From contig CBFDEM010000033.1 in the NCBI GenBank assembly GCA_965603825.1, positions 558,001-622,000 of the forward strand: 64,000 nt of DNA. Reading direction: 5' to 3'. The position numbers were made by a program, and so were the translations under genes. Below, one piece after another: positions 36,564 to 48,370 of this stretch. The stretch is from Blepharisma stoltei ATCC 30299. Taxonomy: Eukaryota > Protista > Ciliophora. The notes beneath the pieces are model-generated. The model made no database searches. It was given only the letters and a program-made list of their open reading frames with translations, and was not told where the DNA came from. Positions within the stretch are counted from its first letter, which is position 1. Each line of letters starts with the position of its first letter.

Positions 36564-37334
36564 TTATTCATTTTCTATTATAGTTTCTCCTGGTGCAAGC
36601 CATCTATCATGATGAGATCTATCATAAATACTTCATTCCACTGCAGAAAATTCATTTGCACTGACCTGCGCACTTAATACAAAATCAATAAATCTTGCAG
36701 CAACCTCTGGTTCAAGTCTTCATATGAATTACGAAGTATCATAATTTAGCTCTTTTCCTGGAATTCTCTCATTAACTTCAGTCAGCATCTCTGTCTTGAC
36801 TACTCCAGGACTAAATAAATTTTACAACAAAGTTCCAACAGGAACTTGAAGCTCTTTTTTAAGAACTTGAGTAACCATGTAGAGAGCTGCCTTCGAAATG
36901 CAGAATAAAGGAGAATTGAATAAATAGCTGTGGCAGCCTTTAGAAACAAAAAATAAAATCTTGGAGTCTTCAAAAAAATACGGAATAAGTAAATTGCACA
37001 AGAAATAAGGGAATTTTGCATTGATTGTCATAGTCCTGTCAAATTCTTCTGAGGTTGAGTTATAAAAATCAAATCCTAATGACACGGCAGCGTATATAAC
37101 AAATCTGACTGCTGCATTTTGTAAAAGATTGATAATAGAAGTCATACTTTCACTATTTCCGATATCTAAAGTCATAATAATTATGTTTAAGCCTGAAAAT
37201 TCAGATAAAGTTGCTTCAGAAAAATTTCTTGCCACAGCTAATATTTTATCATTTGGATAAGATTTCGCCAATTGCAATGCAGCCGCTTTGCCAATTCCTC
37301 TACTCGCGCCTATCACTAAACTCCATTTTTTCAT
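36564..37334 (-). CDS. Short-chain dehydrogenase/reductase (sepiapterin-reductase-like, atypical active site), 246 aa, two introns
   Basis: GASRGIG Rossmann motif. Removing the 15-nt introns 36811-36825 and 36718-36732 restores PGVVKTEM and a C-terminus LEPEVAARFIDFVL...EFSAVEW(TGA)SIYDRSHHDRW...TAA. Confidence 0.85.
36718..36732 (-). other. 15-nt spliceosomal intron GTAATTCATATGAAG
   Basis: GT..AG, in-frame TAA if retained; removal continues the SDR to its C-terminus. Confidence 0.82.
36811..36825 (-). other. 15-nt spliceosomal intron GTAAAATTTATTTAG
   Basis: GT..AG, in-frame TAA if retained; removal restores the SDR motif GTLF-PGVVKTEM. Confidence 0.9.
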
Positions 37335-37393
37335 GATTATCAACCAACTTGTGTATTTTTAATATGAAAAATTATATTTTAAATTGCCTTAAG

Positions 37394-38581
37394 TTAAATA
37401 GCTACAGGTGTTTTTAGTACCTGTTCTTGAATCGAGTAGCAGTAAACGTCGTTAAATGACATCTGATGCCTATCCCCTGCAAATACATACATCCCTCCTT
37501 CAAACACTATTGAAGAATGCCCATCTCTGGAGTGTGGCACAATCCCTTTTACCCTTCCTTGGGTTTGTGCTCCAACGACTGCTGATCTTTGCTTCGTTAA
37601 ATCTGCTTTTGCAGACTCCTCTTTACTTGAATACTGAACTGTATGTCTTTGTTTTGCCAATTTCCTATAATTTTCTATCTCACTAGGTGATAAAGGGTCT
37701 TTTATTTGCGTTTCGTGCTGTATCATAAGCCACTTATTTGAAGAAAAGTCATAGGTGTACATTGAGTTGGTTTCTTTAATAATTTCTCTTATCCCTCCAA
37801 ATACAAGCATCACGTCTCCACACACACAAACTGAGTGCCCTGATACAGTGCCTGGGGAAATCCCTTCAGACTGAACTAATTCCCACTGTAGGTTTCTTAG
37901 GTTAAGTCTTCAAAAATCGCTTAGGCGTTCACTTTCACTTGATCCACCATAGACCCACATATAATTTTGATAAATGACTGCACTGTGATCAGATCTAGGG
38001 TCAGGCTTTCTTTGAGAGTTTGGGCGGCTTCATTCATTTGCTTGTATATTATAGATATAAAGTTCATTGCTGTGGACTCCATTAATATACCCTCCAAAAA
38101 TAATCATTGTATTGTCAGCTTCATTAAAGCAAGCACTATGTGAATCTATAGCTGGAGGCTGCTCTGAGCTTGGATTAATTTTGGTTCATACTAAGTTTTC
38201 AGTGTTAAGTACATAAATGCTGCTATTTTCGACTGAATTATTTGTCCCTCCGAATAAGTAGATCAGATTTCCTCTAGATATTGCAGAATGACGACATAAA
38301 GGCCCTGGGAGGTCACCAGATGGATGCAATTCAGTCCAGAGTTCATTTGAGGAAGAAGAAGGATCTATATTAAGAACCCATAAATCTCCTAGAACTCCTA
38401 TGTGCACATCTTGGCCTCCATAGATGTACATTTTGTTTTGTATCATGACTGCTGAGTGATGACATCGCCTTGGTGGGAGAGGAGGAGGAATCCTGAGCTC
38501 TTCCCACAGTCCTAGATATTGATACCTTGCTGTATCAATTCTTAAATTCCTAAATGCAGGCCTTTCCTTTTGTTCTTCCAT
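37394..38581 (-). CDS. Kelch-repeat beta-propeller protein, 395 aa
   Basis: Repeated R..HSA...MYIYGG / LFGG / VFGG units; TGAs (e.g. 38186) at kelch Trp positions join the two track ORFs in frame. Confidence 0.85.
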
Positions 38582-38681
38582 GTTAAATAGTTGCAATCAA
38601 TGGATAAAGAATTAAAATTTGTTTATTTTAGCAACAAACACAATAAGAAGAATAATCAAACATTAAACAAATTAGAATAGA

Positions 38682-38936
38682 TTAAGACCCCACCCTTGGA
38701 ATATCAAAATGTTCAGTCAGCTCTGAAAGTTTTTTGTTGTACTCCTCTACTCTTTCCTTATGGGTTTTGGAAACTCTCTCTTCTACCCTTTTCGATCGAT
38801 TTTTCTTTTGGTATTCCTCAAATGCTTTTTCTGCAGGCGTAGGTTCTATACTTATAACGGGCCTTGCTTTTTCTTTTTGAAAAAGCTTTGCCTTTTTATG
38901 TTTCTTTAGTCTCAGCTTTCCACTTGGCGCAGACAT
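38682..38936 (-). CDS. FAM32A: FAM32A-like small basic nuclear protein, 84 aa
   Basis: GKLRLK N-terminus; TPAEKAF; SKTHKERVEEYN..LS.LTEHFDIPRV C-terminal signature. Confidence 0.85.
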   Translation of the reverse strand: MSAPSGKLRLKKHKKAKLFQKEKARPVISIEPTPAEKAFEEYQKKNRSKRVEERVSKTHKERVEEYNKKLSELTEHFDIPRVGS

Positions 38937-38980
38937 TTATTATAGCAGATTAAAATAGAAGTTTAGCTATCAAATGAAAA

Positions 38981-39934
38981 TTATACTAAGGTAAATATTA
39001 GCATTCCTCCAGACAGAATAGAAGCTCCTATAGTATATACAAAAAACGGGGCAAGTCTTCAATAAAGAAACTCTATCAGTATCTGAAGCATGCCGAATAA
39101 ACTAGGAAGTGCGTTTGCCAGCAAAACGTCCTTTTTAATATAATCCTGATTTATGAAAATTCCAATTCCAAGCAGCACTCCTCCAAAAAAGGGCCAGAAT
39201 AAGTTATCTTCTGATGTCCAAAGATTGACTCCTAAAATATATTTAATGACTAGTATGATTATTATATTCACTCCAAAGGCCATAAAAGCATATAAAATGT
39301 TGATAATGTGTAATTCCAGTGACGATTTTTTTGAGTAATAAGCACAAACTGCAGCTCCTGACATAAAGAGCATTGCAATAAAGCCTGATAAAAAAGCATG
39401 TCATAAGGAGTCAAAAATAGAATAAATAAAAATCAAAAGAAGCCCTGCTAATGCTAATAATGCCGCGACTGCATGAGTTCAGTATAATTTCAAGTTCCCT
39501 AAATAGCAAGAATAAACAACATATAAGAGCAGATAAAGAGTCACTATAGAAGAGATCACTCCTCTACCTTGAGGCTCATAAAAATAGCCTAAAAACATAA
39601 AGTCTAGGCCGAGTCCAAAACTAATGCCTCCATAAAAGGCTAATTGAATGCCAGTCTTCAATGAGATGGTTTTGCTTCTAAAACCTTGTAACTGGACAAC
39701 TTTAGTCTTGGATCTCGTTTTTTTGATAATAAGTCCTAGAATAAGGTATAAAAGTGTAAAAGAGGCAAGTCCTGCTGATGTCATGGCAATTACCAAAACA
39801 GGGTTATATGTGTAGATTCCACTAATAAAAGCTCCTGAAGCAAGCGATATAAGAGAAATCGCTGATAAAATAATGCATAAATAGCACCTTTCTGAATCAT
39901 TCAGGGAAATATAAAATACTCCTGATGAGTCCAT
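38981..39934 (-). CDS. Multi-pass membrane protein (possibly DMT/EamA-like), 317 aa
   Basis: Two track ORFs in one frame joined by TGA at 39479 and extended past TGA 39059 to TAA 38981; about ten hydrophobic helices. Family is a guess from topology. Confidence 0.55.
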
Positions 39935-39988
39935 ATTTTATGCATAAACCAGTGTGAAAGACTGTAAAAATAAATTTATGTGTATTTA

Positions 39989-42256
39989 CTAGTATCTATT
40001 CATTATTTTTTCTTGTTCAGCTTCACTCACAACTTCATAAGAGTGGAAGTTCATTTGGTAATAGCCAAGCCCTTTAGAGAGGTTTCTTAAGTTTGACGTG
40101 TACCCTAACATTTCAACTAATGGGATAAGGGCATTGACCACTGACATTTCATTGTCTGATTTTTCCATGCTCATGACAACTCCTCTTCTTGTTGAAGTTA
40201 TATCGGATATCAAGTCTCCCATCATTTCATCAGGAATAGTGATCGACACATTCATCAGTGGCTCCATCAGCTTTGGGTCAGAAATTTTGACGAGCTCTCG
40301 GACTCCTTTAGCAGCAGCTTCTTTGATAGCGACCATATTGGTTCTTTTTTTGGACCAAACTCCATCTTCAACTGTTATTTTGATATTAATCAAGGGATAT
40401 CCTACAATAGCGCCTCTTTGCATGGCTTCTTCAAGGTACTTAATAATTTGGTCTTTAGATTCGCCTCCAATGGTTTTTAGTGGCTGAAACTCGCTTTCAT
40501 CATAATCGCTTCCTCTCATCTGATTAATATGCTCTGAAAGCGCATCTGAGACTTTATCAATATTTCATTCGACTGTTCCTATTAAATCTCCAAATTTATC
40601 TCCATGCAAGGCGTCTTCTAAGTGCTCAACTTTCATATTAGATTCTACTAATTCTAGTTTCAGCTTCAGCTTTAGAAATTGGCCAGGCTTGTCTATTGAG
40701 ATTACATATGTTTTCCCACCAGTTTCTGCACTTTCACGATATGCTACTTGCATTGGGCCTAGCCTTGTTTTTAGCCCAAATTCTATTTCTAGCCTGTCTC
40801 TTAAGATTTCTAAATGAAGTTCTCCTTGGCCTATGGCAAATAATTGGTCTGATTCTTCATCATATTTTGCGTTAAAGCTTGGGTCTTCTCTGTGTATATT
40901 TTTTAAAATTGTTTCAAGCTCTCCTTGTTTATTATCGTTTTCAGGCTCAATTCTGCAAAAAAAAACTGGTGGTGGCATTTGAACTCCTGCAAGAACTAAT
41001 TCTTCAGGGTCATTTTTTGATATAAGAGTGTCTCCACTTCTTACTTCTTTTAAGCCTCCTAACGCAACGATATCTCCGACTCCGATTTCATTGACCTCGA
41101 CATATTCATTTGCTCTGACTCTGAGAATTCTATTTGCTTTTTCTATTGTTTTTTTGGACGTGTTTTTGAGGAATTCTCCATATTTTATCTTTCCTGAGTA
41201 AACTCTCGCGTACACCAAAGTTCCTTTACTTGTGTTATTAATAACTTTGTATGCAAGAGCACACAGCTTACTGTCACTGATAGACCTAGTAACTGCTTTG
41301 CCATTTAAAATCCCAACTGCAGGTAGCTTTTCAGCAGGCGATGGCAGATATTTGATAATCCCTTCTAAAACAGGCTGCACACCTTTATTTTTCAACGCAG
41401 ACCCACAGTAAATTGGATAAGCAGTCATCTGAATGGTAACTTTTCTAATTGCCAAATCTATATCATCCTCAGTAAAACTCCCCGACAAATATTTTTCAGC
41501 AAATTCATCATCACAGCTTCCAAGGGTTTCAAGCAGCTCTTCCCTTGCAGCTTTTACTCTTTCCTTATCAAGCTTCGATAGCTTCTCTAAAGGGATAAAA
41601 TTAACTCTTGCTCCAAATGGCTCCAAAAATTCAATAGCCTGCTGCCTTACTACGTCAATTGAGCCTTTATATGAGTCTTGTACAATATAAGGGATATGAA
41701 GTACCAATGGAATTACATTGAATTTCTTTTTTAAATGGTCTTTAGTGACTTCTAAGGAAGCAGCATGAAGGTCCATTTTGTTTACAAAGATGATCCTTGG
41801 GACATTGAACTTATCAGCTTGTTTTCAGACAGTCTTGGTTTGGGTTTGGATGCCATTGTTAGCGTCAACTACAACGACACAGCCGTCCATAACGCGAAGG
41901 GACCGCTCGACTTCTCCTGAGAAATCGACATGCCCAGGAGTGTCAATTAAGTTCATCTGAAATCCATCTCAGTTAAATGAGATTGCAGCAGCTCGGATTG
42001 TGATTCCACGCTCTCGTTCTTGCTTCATGTAGTCCATCACTGTGTTGCCGTCATCAACATCTGAATAAAAATTACTTCCAGGCTGTGGGATTGCTCCGCT
42101 ATAAAAGAGCATTCGTTCGGTCAAGGTTGTTTTTCCTGCATCTATATGGGCTACGACACCTAAATTGCGGATTTTTAAGATATCTGATGCTGAGTTGACA
42201 GGAAAATAAGGAGTGTCTCTTAATCTTGAGGCACAACGAAAAATCTGTCTCAGCAT
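39989..42256 (-). CDS. GFM2: Mitochondrial elongation factor G2 / ribosome-releasing factor 2, ~750 aa
   Basis: Arg-rich presequence [13 protein letters not shown]; [22 protein letters not shown]; [12 protein letters not shown]; W(TGA)...[11 protein letters not shown]; QTKTV-W(TGA)-KQA; NKMD; GQGELHLEI; LMEPLM. G(N)VDDGNTVMD supports EF-G2 over EF-G1. Confidence 0.85.
42061..42075 (-). other. 15-nt stop-free spliceosomal intron GTAATTTTTATTCAG
   Basis: Same consensus as the other three; removal converts [11 protein letters not shown] into the conserved EF-G2 spacing GNVDDG. Confidence 0.82.
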
Positions 42257-42412
42257 AGATTTTATATAAAATATGCAAAATATGTAAACTATCTACTTTT
42301 TGCAATTCCTTTAAAATCAATGCTTTTGGCTCTTTTATAATGTTATTGAATAGACAATTAAAAATCTTTCTGGGCATTTTAATCTTAAAGATTGAAAAAC
42401 GCTTATAATTTT

Positions 42413-43123
42413 ATGGAAAATAGCGATATAGGCTGGGGACAACAAGATTATGAAGCCAATAAGATGGTTGAAATGGACAGGCTCGGGTTTATCAGAAAAG
42501 TTTATGGAATCCTAACTGCTGAGCTCTTTGTCACTTTTTTGATGTGTTTGGTTGTATTCTTATCAGAAGATTATCAAGACTGAATTCAAGACAACATATG
42601 GTGCTTCATAATTGCTGCCATAGGAGCAATAGCCATTATTCTGGTCTTGTTTTGTTTTAAAAAAGTTTGCAGAATGGTACCGATTAACTATATTCTGCTC
42701 TTCGCATTTTCCATATTGGAAGGATTCACCCTGTCTGTATTTGTTTCTTACTATGACCCAACAGAAGTGCTTATTGCTGTAACTCTGACATTCGGCTTAA
42801 CTTTTGTATTGACTGCATATGCCATTACAACAAAAACAGATTTTTCAGCTAAAATTGGATATATATTGGTAATCAGCATTGCTGTGTCAGCGTTAGCAAT
42901 TTTACTTATATTTTTTAGCAGCAATATTGTTTTATGGATTGTGTGCCCAATAATTATTGCATGTTACGGTATTTTTATTATCTATGACACTCAATTAATT
43001 GTGGGAGGTAAAAGATACCAATTGTCATCAGAAGATTATATTTTAGGATCTGTTATTCTTTATATTGATATAATTGGGCTATTCCAATACATTCTACTTC
43101 TAATTGGAGGAGAAAGGAGATAA
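42413..43123 (+). CDS. TMBIM / Lifeguard (Bax inhibitor-1 family) membrane protein, 236 aa
   Basis: RLGFIRKVYGIL; PINYILL; IIYDTQLIVGG; EDYILGSVILYIDII (both di-aspartyl residues present); TGA 42581-42583 joins two ORFs. Confidence 0.92.
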
Positions 43124-43191
43124 CCGCTAAATAATGAATATCTTAATCAATATTATATAAATAAAAAAATTGCAAAAGTTAATATTTTACC

Positions 43192-43731
43192 TTACATATT
43201 TTCATTTGATTTAATTCTTTTGGGATTTGGATTTTTCGGATTTTTCAGCTTTCTCTTCAAAGATAAAGGAGCTTTTTGATCCTTTTTGGCAGCCAATCTT
43301 CCACTTCTTCTAACTATTTTTTCTGAATTTAGTGAGTTAATTGGATCAGTTTGAATTCCAATATCATGGCAAATTGAAGATTGTAGAGGTGTTGATATTC
43401 TATTTCCTTCAGATATGTGTATTTGACTTTGGCTTGAATTAGCTTGATTCAAGTCTACAAGCTTGCTTTCTTCTTGCAGATCTAGCATTGGCGGGCCTAT
43501 TTTTTCTTGAGAAACACTAATCTTATGCTCAATATTAAAGTCTTCTTTTTCAGCCGACTTCATTATCGAGCTGTACTTTACTGATTCAAGTCTGGCAGGA
43601 GAGCTTGAAGCAGAATCACTTTCAGTTGAACTATCTTGATCACGATTTTTTTTCATTTGTTCGCTCAAATAAAGTATATTGATTATCCAGTGAAGGCGTT
43701 TGGCTGTATCGATTTTGATATTTTTCTTCAT
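43192..43731 (-). CDS. Ser-rich hypothetical protein with basic C-terminus (true start uncertain: 43656, 43731, or 43777 via frameshift)
   Basis: Open frame; VRRSGRLAAK and KRK-type NLS-like motifs. Confidence 0.5.
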   Translation of the reverse strand: MKKNIKIDTAKRLHWIINILYLSEQMKKNRDQDSSTESDSASSSPARLESVKYSSIMKSAEKEDFNIEHKISVSQEKIGPPMLDLQEESKLVDLNQANSSQSQIHISEGNRISTPLQSSICHDIGIQTDPINSLNSEKIVRRSGRLAAKKDQKAPLSLKRKLKNPKNPNPKRIKSNENM

Positions 43732-43834
43732 CAGAAGAATTTTCTGATTCTGTTGATGATAAGCTTAATTTCAGCATTAGCTTTTTAAAAATAAATTATG
43801 ACATTTAAATTTAGAAATATCTTGCATATTTTAT

Positions 43835-44260
43835 TTATATCATTGTTTGAGTTTGCATTGTTGATTGAGAGTTGCAGGAATGCCTCCCTTTAGCTATCCT
43901 TGCAGAACTATAAATAGCTAAAGGAATCGGCTTTGCTTTCAGATTTTTTCCAGAAATTTTGAAAAACCGAGACAAAAAAGGAGCTGAAGGACTTTTTACA
44001 ATTTTTGCTGCTTCTAAAAAAGGTGATTTTCATCTTTTTTCTCTATAACGCCGCGAAAGATTAGGTATATTTTTTGATTTTATTTCGTAGGATGATCAAT
44101 TTCTTCTCATCTCAGTCTCTATTTCTTGTCTACGACTTGACTTAAATAACGGGCTTTTGGTATTAGGAGCATTATCATATTTTATTCTTGGGCTATTATA
44201 AAATTCAATAGACTCAATACTAGCTCTTCTCCTTTTAAAATATTTGCAAATTGGGTCCAT
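43835..44260 (-). CDS. Basic hypothetical protein, 141 aa (absent from the ORF track)
   Basis: ATG 44260 (MDPICKYFKRRRASIES...) to TAA 43835 is open with two TGA=Trp; flanked by AT-rich spacers like neighbouring genes. Confidence 0.55.
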
Positions 44261-44323
44261 TTTTTTACATATATAATTATTATTTGAAGAATTATTAAAA
44301 AATCAACAAATAATTTTATTTAC

Positions 44324-47300
44324 CTAAATGTCGTCATCTGATTTCTTTTCGTTTTTATAAATTTTAAGGGAATAATCCATCATCATTTCAGAGCTTGATG
44401 GTTTGAAAATCCTCCTTGCTAGCTGGTATCCTCCATCCAAAACTACTACAAAGAGTGTTGTTGTTATAATTCCAATGTAAAAGTATTGAGTTGCGAACAT
44501 CTGATAAAGTGTCATATTTGATGGAGTGCTTGTAAAAGGGTCATATATAACGATAAATAGCAAATAAGCTAAAATACTTGTTATTCCGATTGCTAAATAA
44601 TGCACCCAATTCCAATATTTCGTATTCAAGCCAAGCTTCAAATTGACAATTAAAATAATAGAGGTAAAAGACATTATTGAAAAACCCCAATGGTCATAAT
44701 TATACCCTTTTTTATTCATTATCCCTTCTTCTGCTGCATACAGTGGAATAAAAAACACAATCACTGAATGCAAAATTCCATTTAAAAGCCACCCCCAAAA
44801 ATTTCTTGCAGTAAAAATTTGGTTCAAACGCCCCACATTGTAAGCTTTTGGTATAAGCTTCCTCAAAGTATCTTTTGGGCCTGGTGGATTTGCACCTACC
44901 TCATAGCGTTTTGGGATTAAAATATCAACTTCAAATAAGGCTCTTGCCATGAGCGGTACAGCTGTAAATACCATATTATAAAAAGTGATGTACCAATCAT
45001 CGTATACTGTTTCTCCACTATAAGCACAATAAAACCCATAGAAAAAGTTTGGAATGGTAAATACAAGATTTTTATAGAAGAAATACATAATCATATGGCT
45101 TTGTCTGATATAATTGAACCTTCCATGGATTAAAAGCAGCTCCCATAAGTATCTGAACTCTCCTACTGCATAATCACTAGCTTGGACAGCCTGCATCCCT
45201 TCTTCTCCATAGATTCCTACTCCAATATGAGCTTCAAGAATCATGGAAACGTCATTTGCTCCGTCTCCAACTGACAAAGTGACTGAGCCTGTTTGGTCTT
45301 TCATTAATTTAACGATCCCTCGCTTTTGACCTGGCGTCACTCTGCAGCATATAACAGTTTTGCAGTCAACTGCCATCTCTAAGAAAACTTTTCTAACCGC
45401 CGTTACAGTTGGGTTGTTGGCCAACTCTGGCTCTTTTTTCATCATAGCTGGATCATTGGCATCAAATAGCACAAATTCAAGGCAAGACCCTTCTATTACT
45501 AATGCAGTTGGCTTTTGATCGCCAACTTCATGGAATTTTTCGCTGATAGATTCTAAGGTTCTTAAGCAATCATCAAGAGGCATTGCAGGGCATCTTCCAA
45601 CTTCCATATTTTCATCTACCAATGAACAAGTTTTTCCAATGTTTTCAGCTGTTTCAAATTTATCACCAGTCAGCATTCATATGTTTATTCCAGCTGCTAG
45701 CAAATCTTGTATAGTTGAAGGCACATCGTCTTGTAGAGCGTCTTCGACAGCAGTGCACCCTAGTAAATATAAATCAGTTTCGATTTCATCTGATAGCTTG
45801 GAGACCATTTCTTCTCTTCCATTAATTAATGTGCAAGCTATATCATATCTGGATTTTCAGTCCTTAAAGTATTCGTCGTCTATATACTTGAAGGCGAAAA
45901 CAAGGGTTCGGTAACCTCTTTCTGAAAAAGTCAATAAATTGCTCATAATGTTGTCTATATATTTTGATGGGTTTTCGCTTGAAAGTAGCTTTATCATCTT
46001 GGTATCAGCCCCCTTGGTGAAAAGAATATGCTTGCCAGTCTGCTTATCTGTGACAATTACTGAGCATCTTTTTCTGTCTGAATTAAATTCAAGGGTGCAT
46101 AGCTTGTCAAACTGCATAATTTCGACTTGATCATTAACTCCAAATGGCGTTTTATGGAGATCGATAATATTTCCTCTCACTTTTGCATATTTATACCCAA
46201 CTCTCGCCGCGCAGTCAACTAGGACAATTTCATCTGGACTTTGGCCAATATAATTTGTTTCGTTCTCTTTTTCTTCTATTAAGCACTCGTGGCATAGAGA
46301 CATACACTTCACAAATAGATCAAGCAGTTCTTGTTGGGTTGAAATCGTTTCTTTTCCGTCAGATTGGTCACAACTGATTGAATATTTCAAAGGAATCGTT
46401 TCTTCGTGGCTGAATAAATCATTTTCAATTTCTTTGGTGTCAAAAGTAAATATAACTGCTTTTGTAGTTTTGGAGGCCACTGAGCTAAAGTGACGACTCA
46501 GCAAAAATTTCTTTTCTCCGTACATTTTATTCCCCACAGAACAAAATTTGAATTCCATACGGTTACGAGTAAGTGTTCCTGTTTTATCAGAAAAGATATG
46601 TTGAATCATGCCTAATTCTTCATTCAAGCTAAAAGCTGAGACCTTACAAGGCCTATCTCTTATAGAGCTGTACATTCGGAGGTCTTGCTGCATAAAGAAT
46701 CCTTGCATCAGTTTTAAAATTTCTAGAGAAACAATTAAAGAAATCGGCAGCATAGTGTTGAGAAGCAAAAAATAGGTAAAATAAGTCAAAAACCCTTGAA
46801 GTCCTGGACTGTAGGTATTTCCATCTAAATAATAGCTATCGTCTCCATACTTACTGCTCCAAATTCCTGATAAAATTGCATGCACAAAGCACAGGGAAAA
46901 TTGGATAGCTAAAATTCCAACAATGTATTTATTAACAATTCTTTCTACTTGGCTTTGTTTGAATATTCTTTTCATTAAATTCATTCTGAGCTTAGTTTCT
47001 GTCCCTGTATAAACAGCAACTCCAATAACTCATTCAGTATTCCTTAAAAACGCTCCAGCAAGTAGTAAATTATCCTTAGTAAGTGGATGCTTTTGGTAAT
47101 TATATTCCATTGTACCTTTAAACTCATAAATTTTCGCATTTGGATGGTCACATTCAATTAAAGAAAAAACTCTGATAATTTGGTCCTTTTTGATAATATT
47201 CATGGTTGCCTGCAATGCAAGCCGAGGCTTCAAAGCTTTTTCCCCATCAAGGCTCGACGTTTCAATATAAGCAATTCCATTATCTGAGGAATTTGATAGC

Positions 47301-47743
47301 ATAACGATGTCACAAGGAAATGCTTCGTCTTTTTTTACCATGATGATATTACCGATTTCAATATCCTTGAACGTTTTTTCTTCAAACGTCCCTTTGCGAT
47401 AAATTTGGGTTTTCGTTGAATTTGTTTCTTTATCTGCTTTGTATCTTAAATAGTCCTCAAAACCGTCTCTGATGATACTGACAGCTAGGACAAAACAAAT
47501 AGGTGCGATAGCGGTGTAAGGTCCAAGTGCCGAAATCTGAGGTAGGGATTGCAAAATTGCGATTATTAAAAAATAAACATTTGGCAATCTTTTGAATTGT
47601 TCTAATAGACTGAATGGTAAAAATGTTACGATGTTATATTTAGTTGTCGTAACATAGTTTGAAGGGAATTTTTTCAAACGATTCACTTCGAAGCCGTTAG
47701 CATAGAGTGATCGCTGGGAATTTGCTTCTGAGACTTCAGCCAT
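44324..47743 (-). CDS. P4-type ATPase phospholipid flippase, ~1139 aa
   Basis: NYVTTTKYN..TFLP; ETSSLDGE; LRNTE-W(TGA)-VIGVAVYTG.ETK; PISL; LNEELG..IFSDKTGTLT; I-W(TGA)-MLTGDK; CCRVTP.QK; GDGANDVSMI; ends TAG. Confidence 0.95.
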
Positions 47744-48370
47744 TTTATTTATGCTTGCCATGCAAGTGAAATTCATAAGCGTTACAATACAGTATAGCAA
47801 TTTTAAAATTTATTGGCTATATTATAGTGATTTATAAATAATGCTAAATTTTAAAAGAAAATATTGTGAATTTTGCCCTTTTTTTGTTTTCTCCAATCTA
47901 ATTTGCTGATTAACCTTGAGCTATATATTAAATGCGCACGCTTTGCTTGAATATTATGTAAAATGCTCTTATGAGGCAGAGTGAAAATTATTATTTAGAA
48001 AATTTAAAAAGTCTTAAATAAAATTAAATCTCGCAATTAGACCATAGTTATGGAGAAAATTCATATTTTCTTTCTTTTATAATTAGTTGACTTGCACCAA
48101 GTATTATTATGAAAATTATATAAAATGGATTAAAAGATTTAGAAGAATAGGCTTGTCAAAAACTAATTAATAGATTTTGAAAATAGATTCGAAAATCTTA
48201 GCAGAAATACCAAAAAAAACAAGTAAAAATGATGTTAACATAGAATACTAAGAGTTTAAGATTAAAAATATCTTACCAGATAAAAGAAAGTAATTATATA
48301 CGCTAATATTTTAATTTACTTCACAAATAAAATATTTTATACGAATATGCAAGTTATTTGATATAAAATT

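Noticed and set aside
40103-40110. CCCTAACA, the heterotrich telomere repeat unit
   Set aside because: Single copy within the GFM2 CDS with no tandem array; expected by chance.
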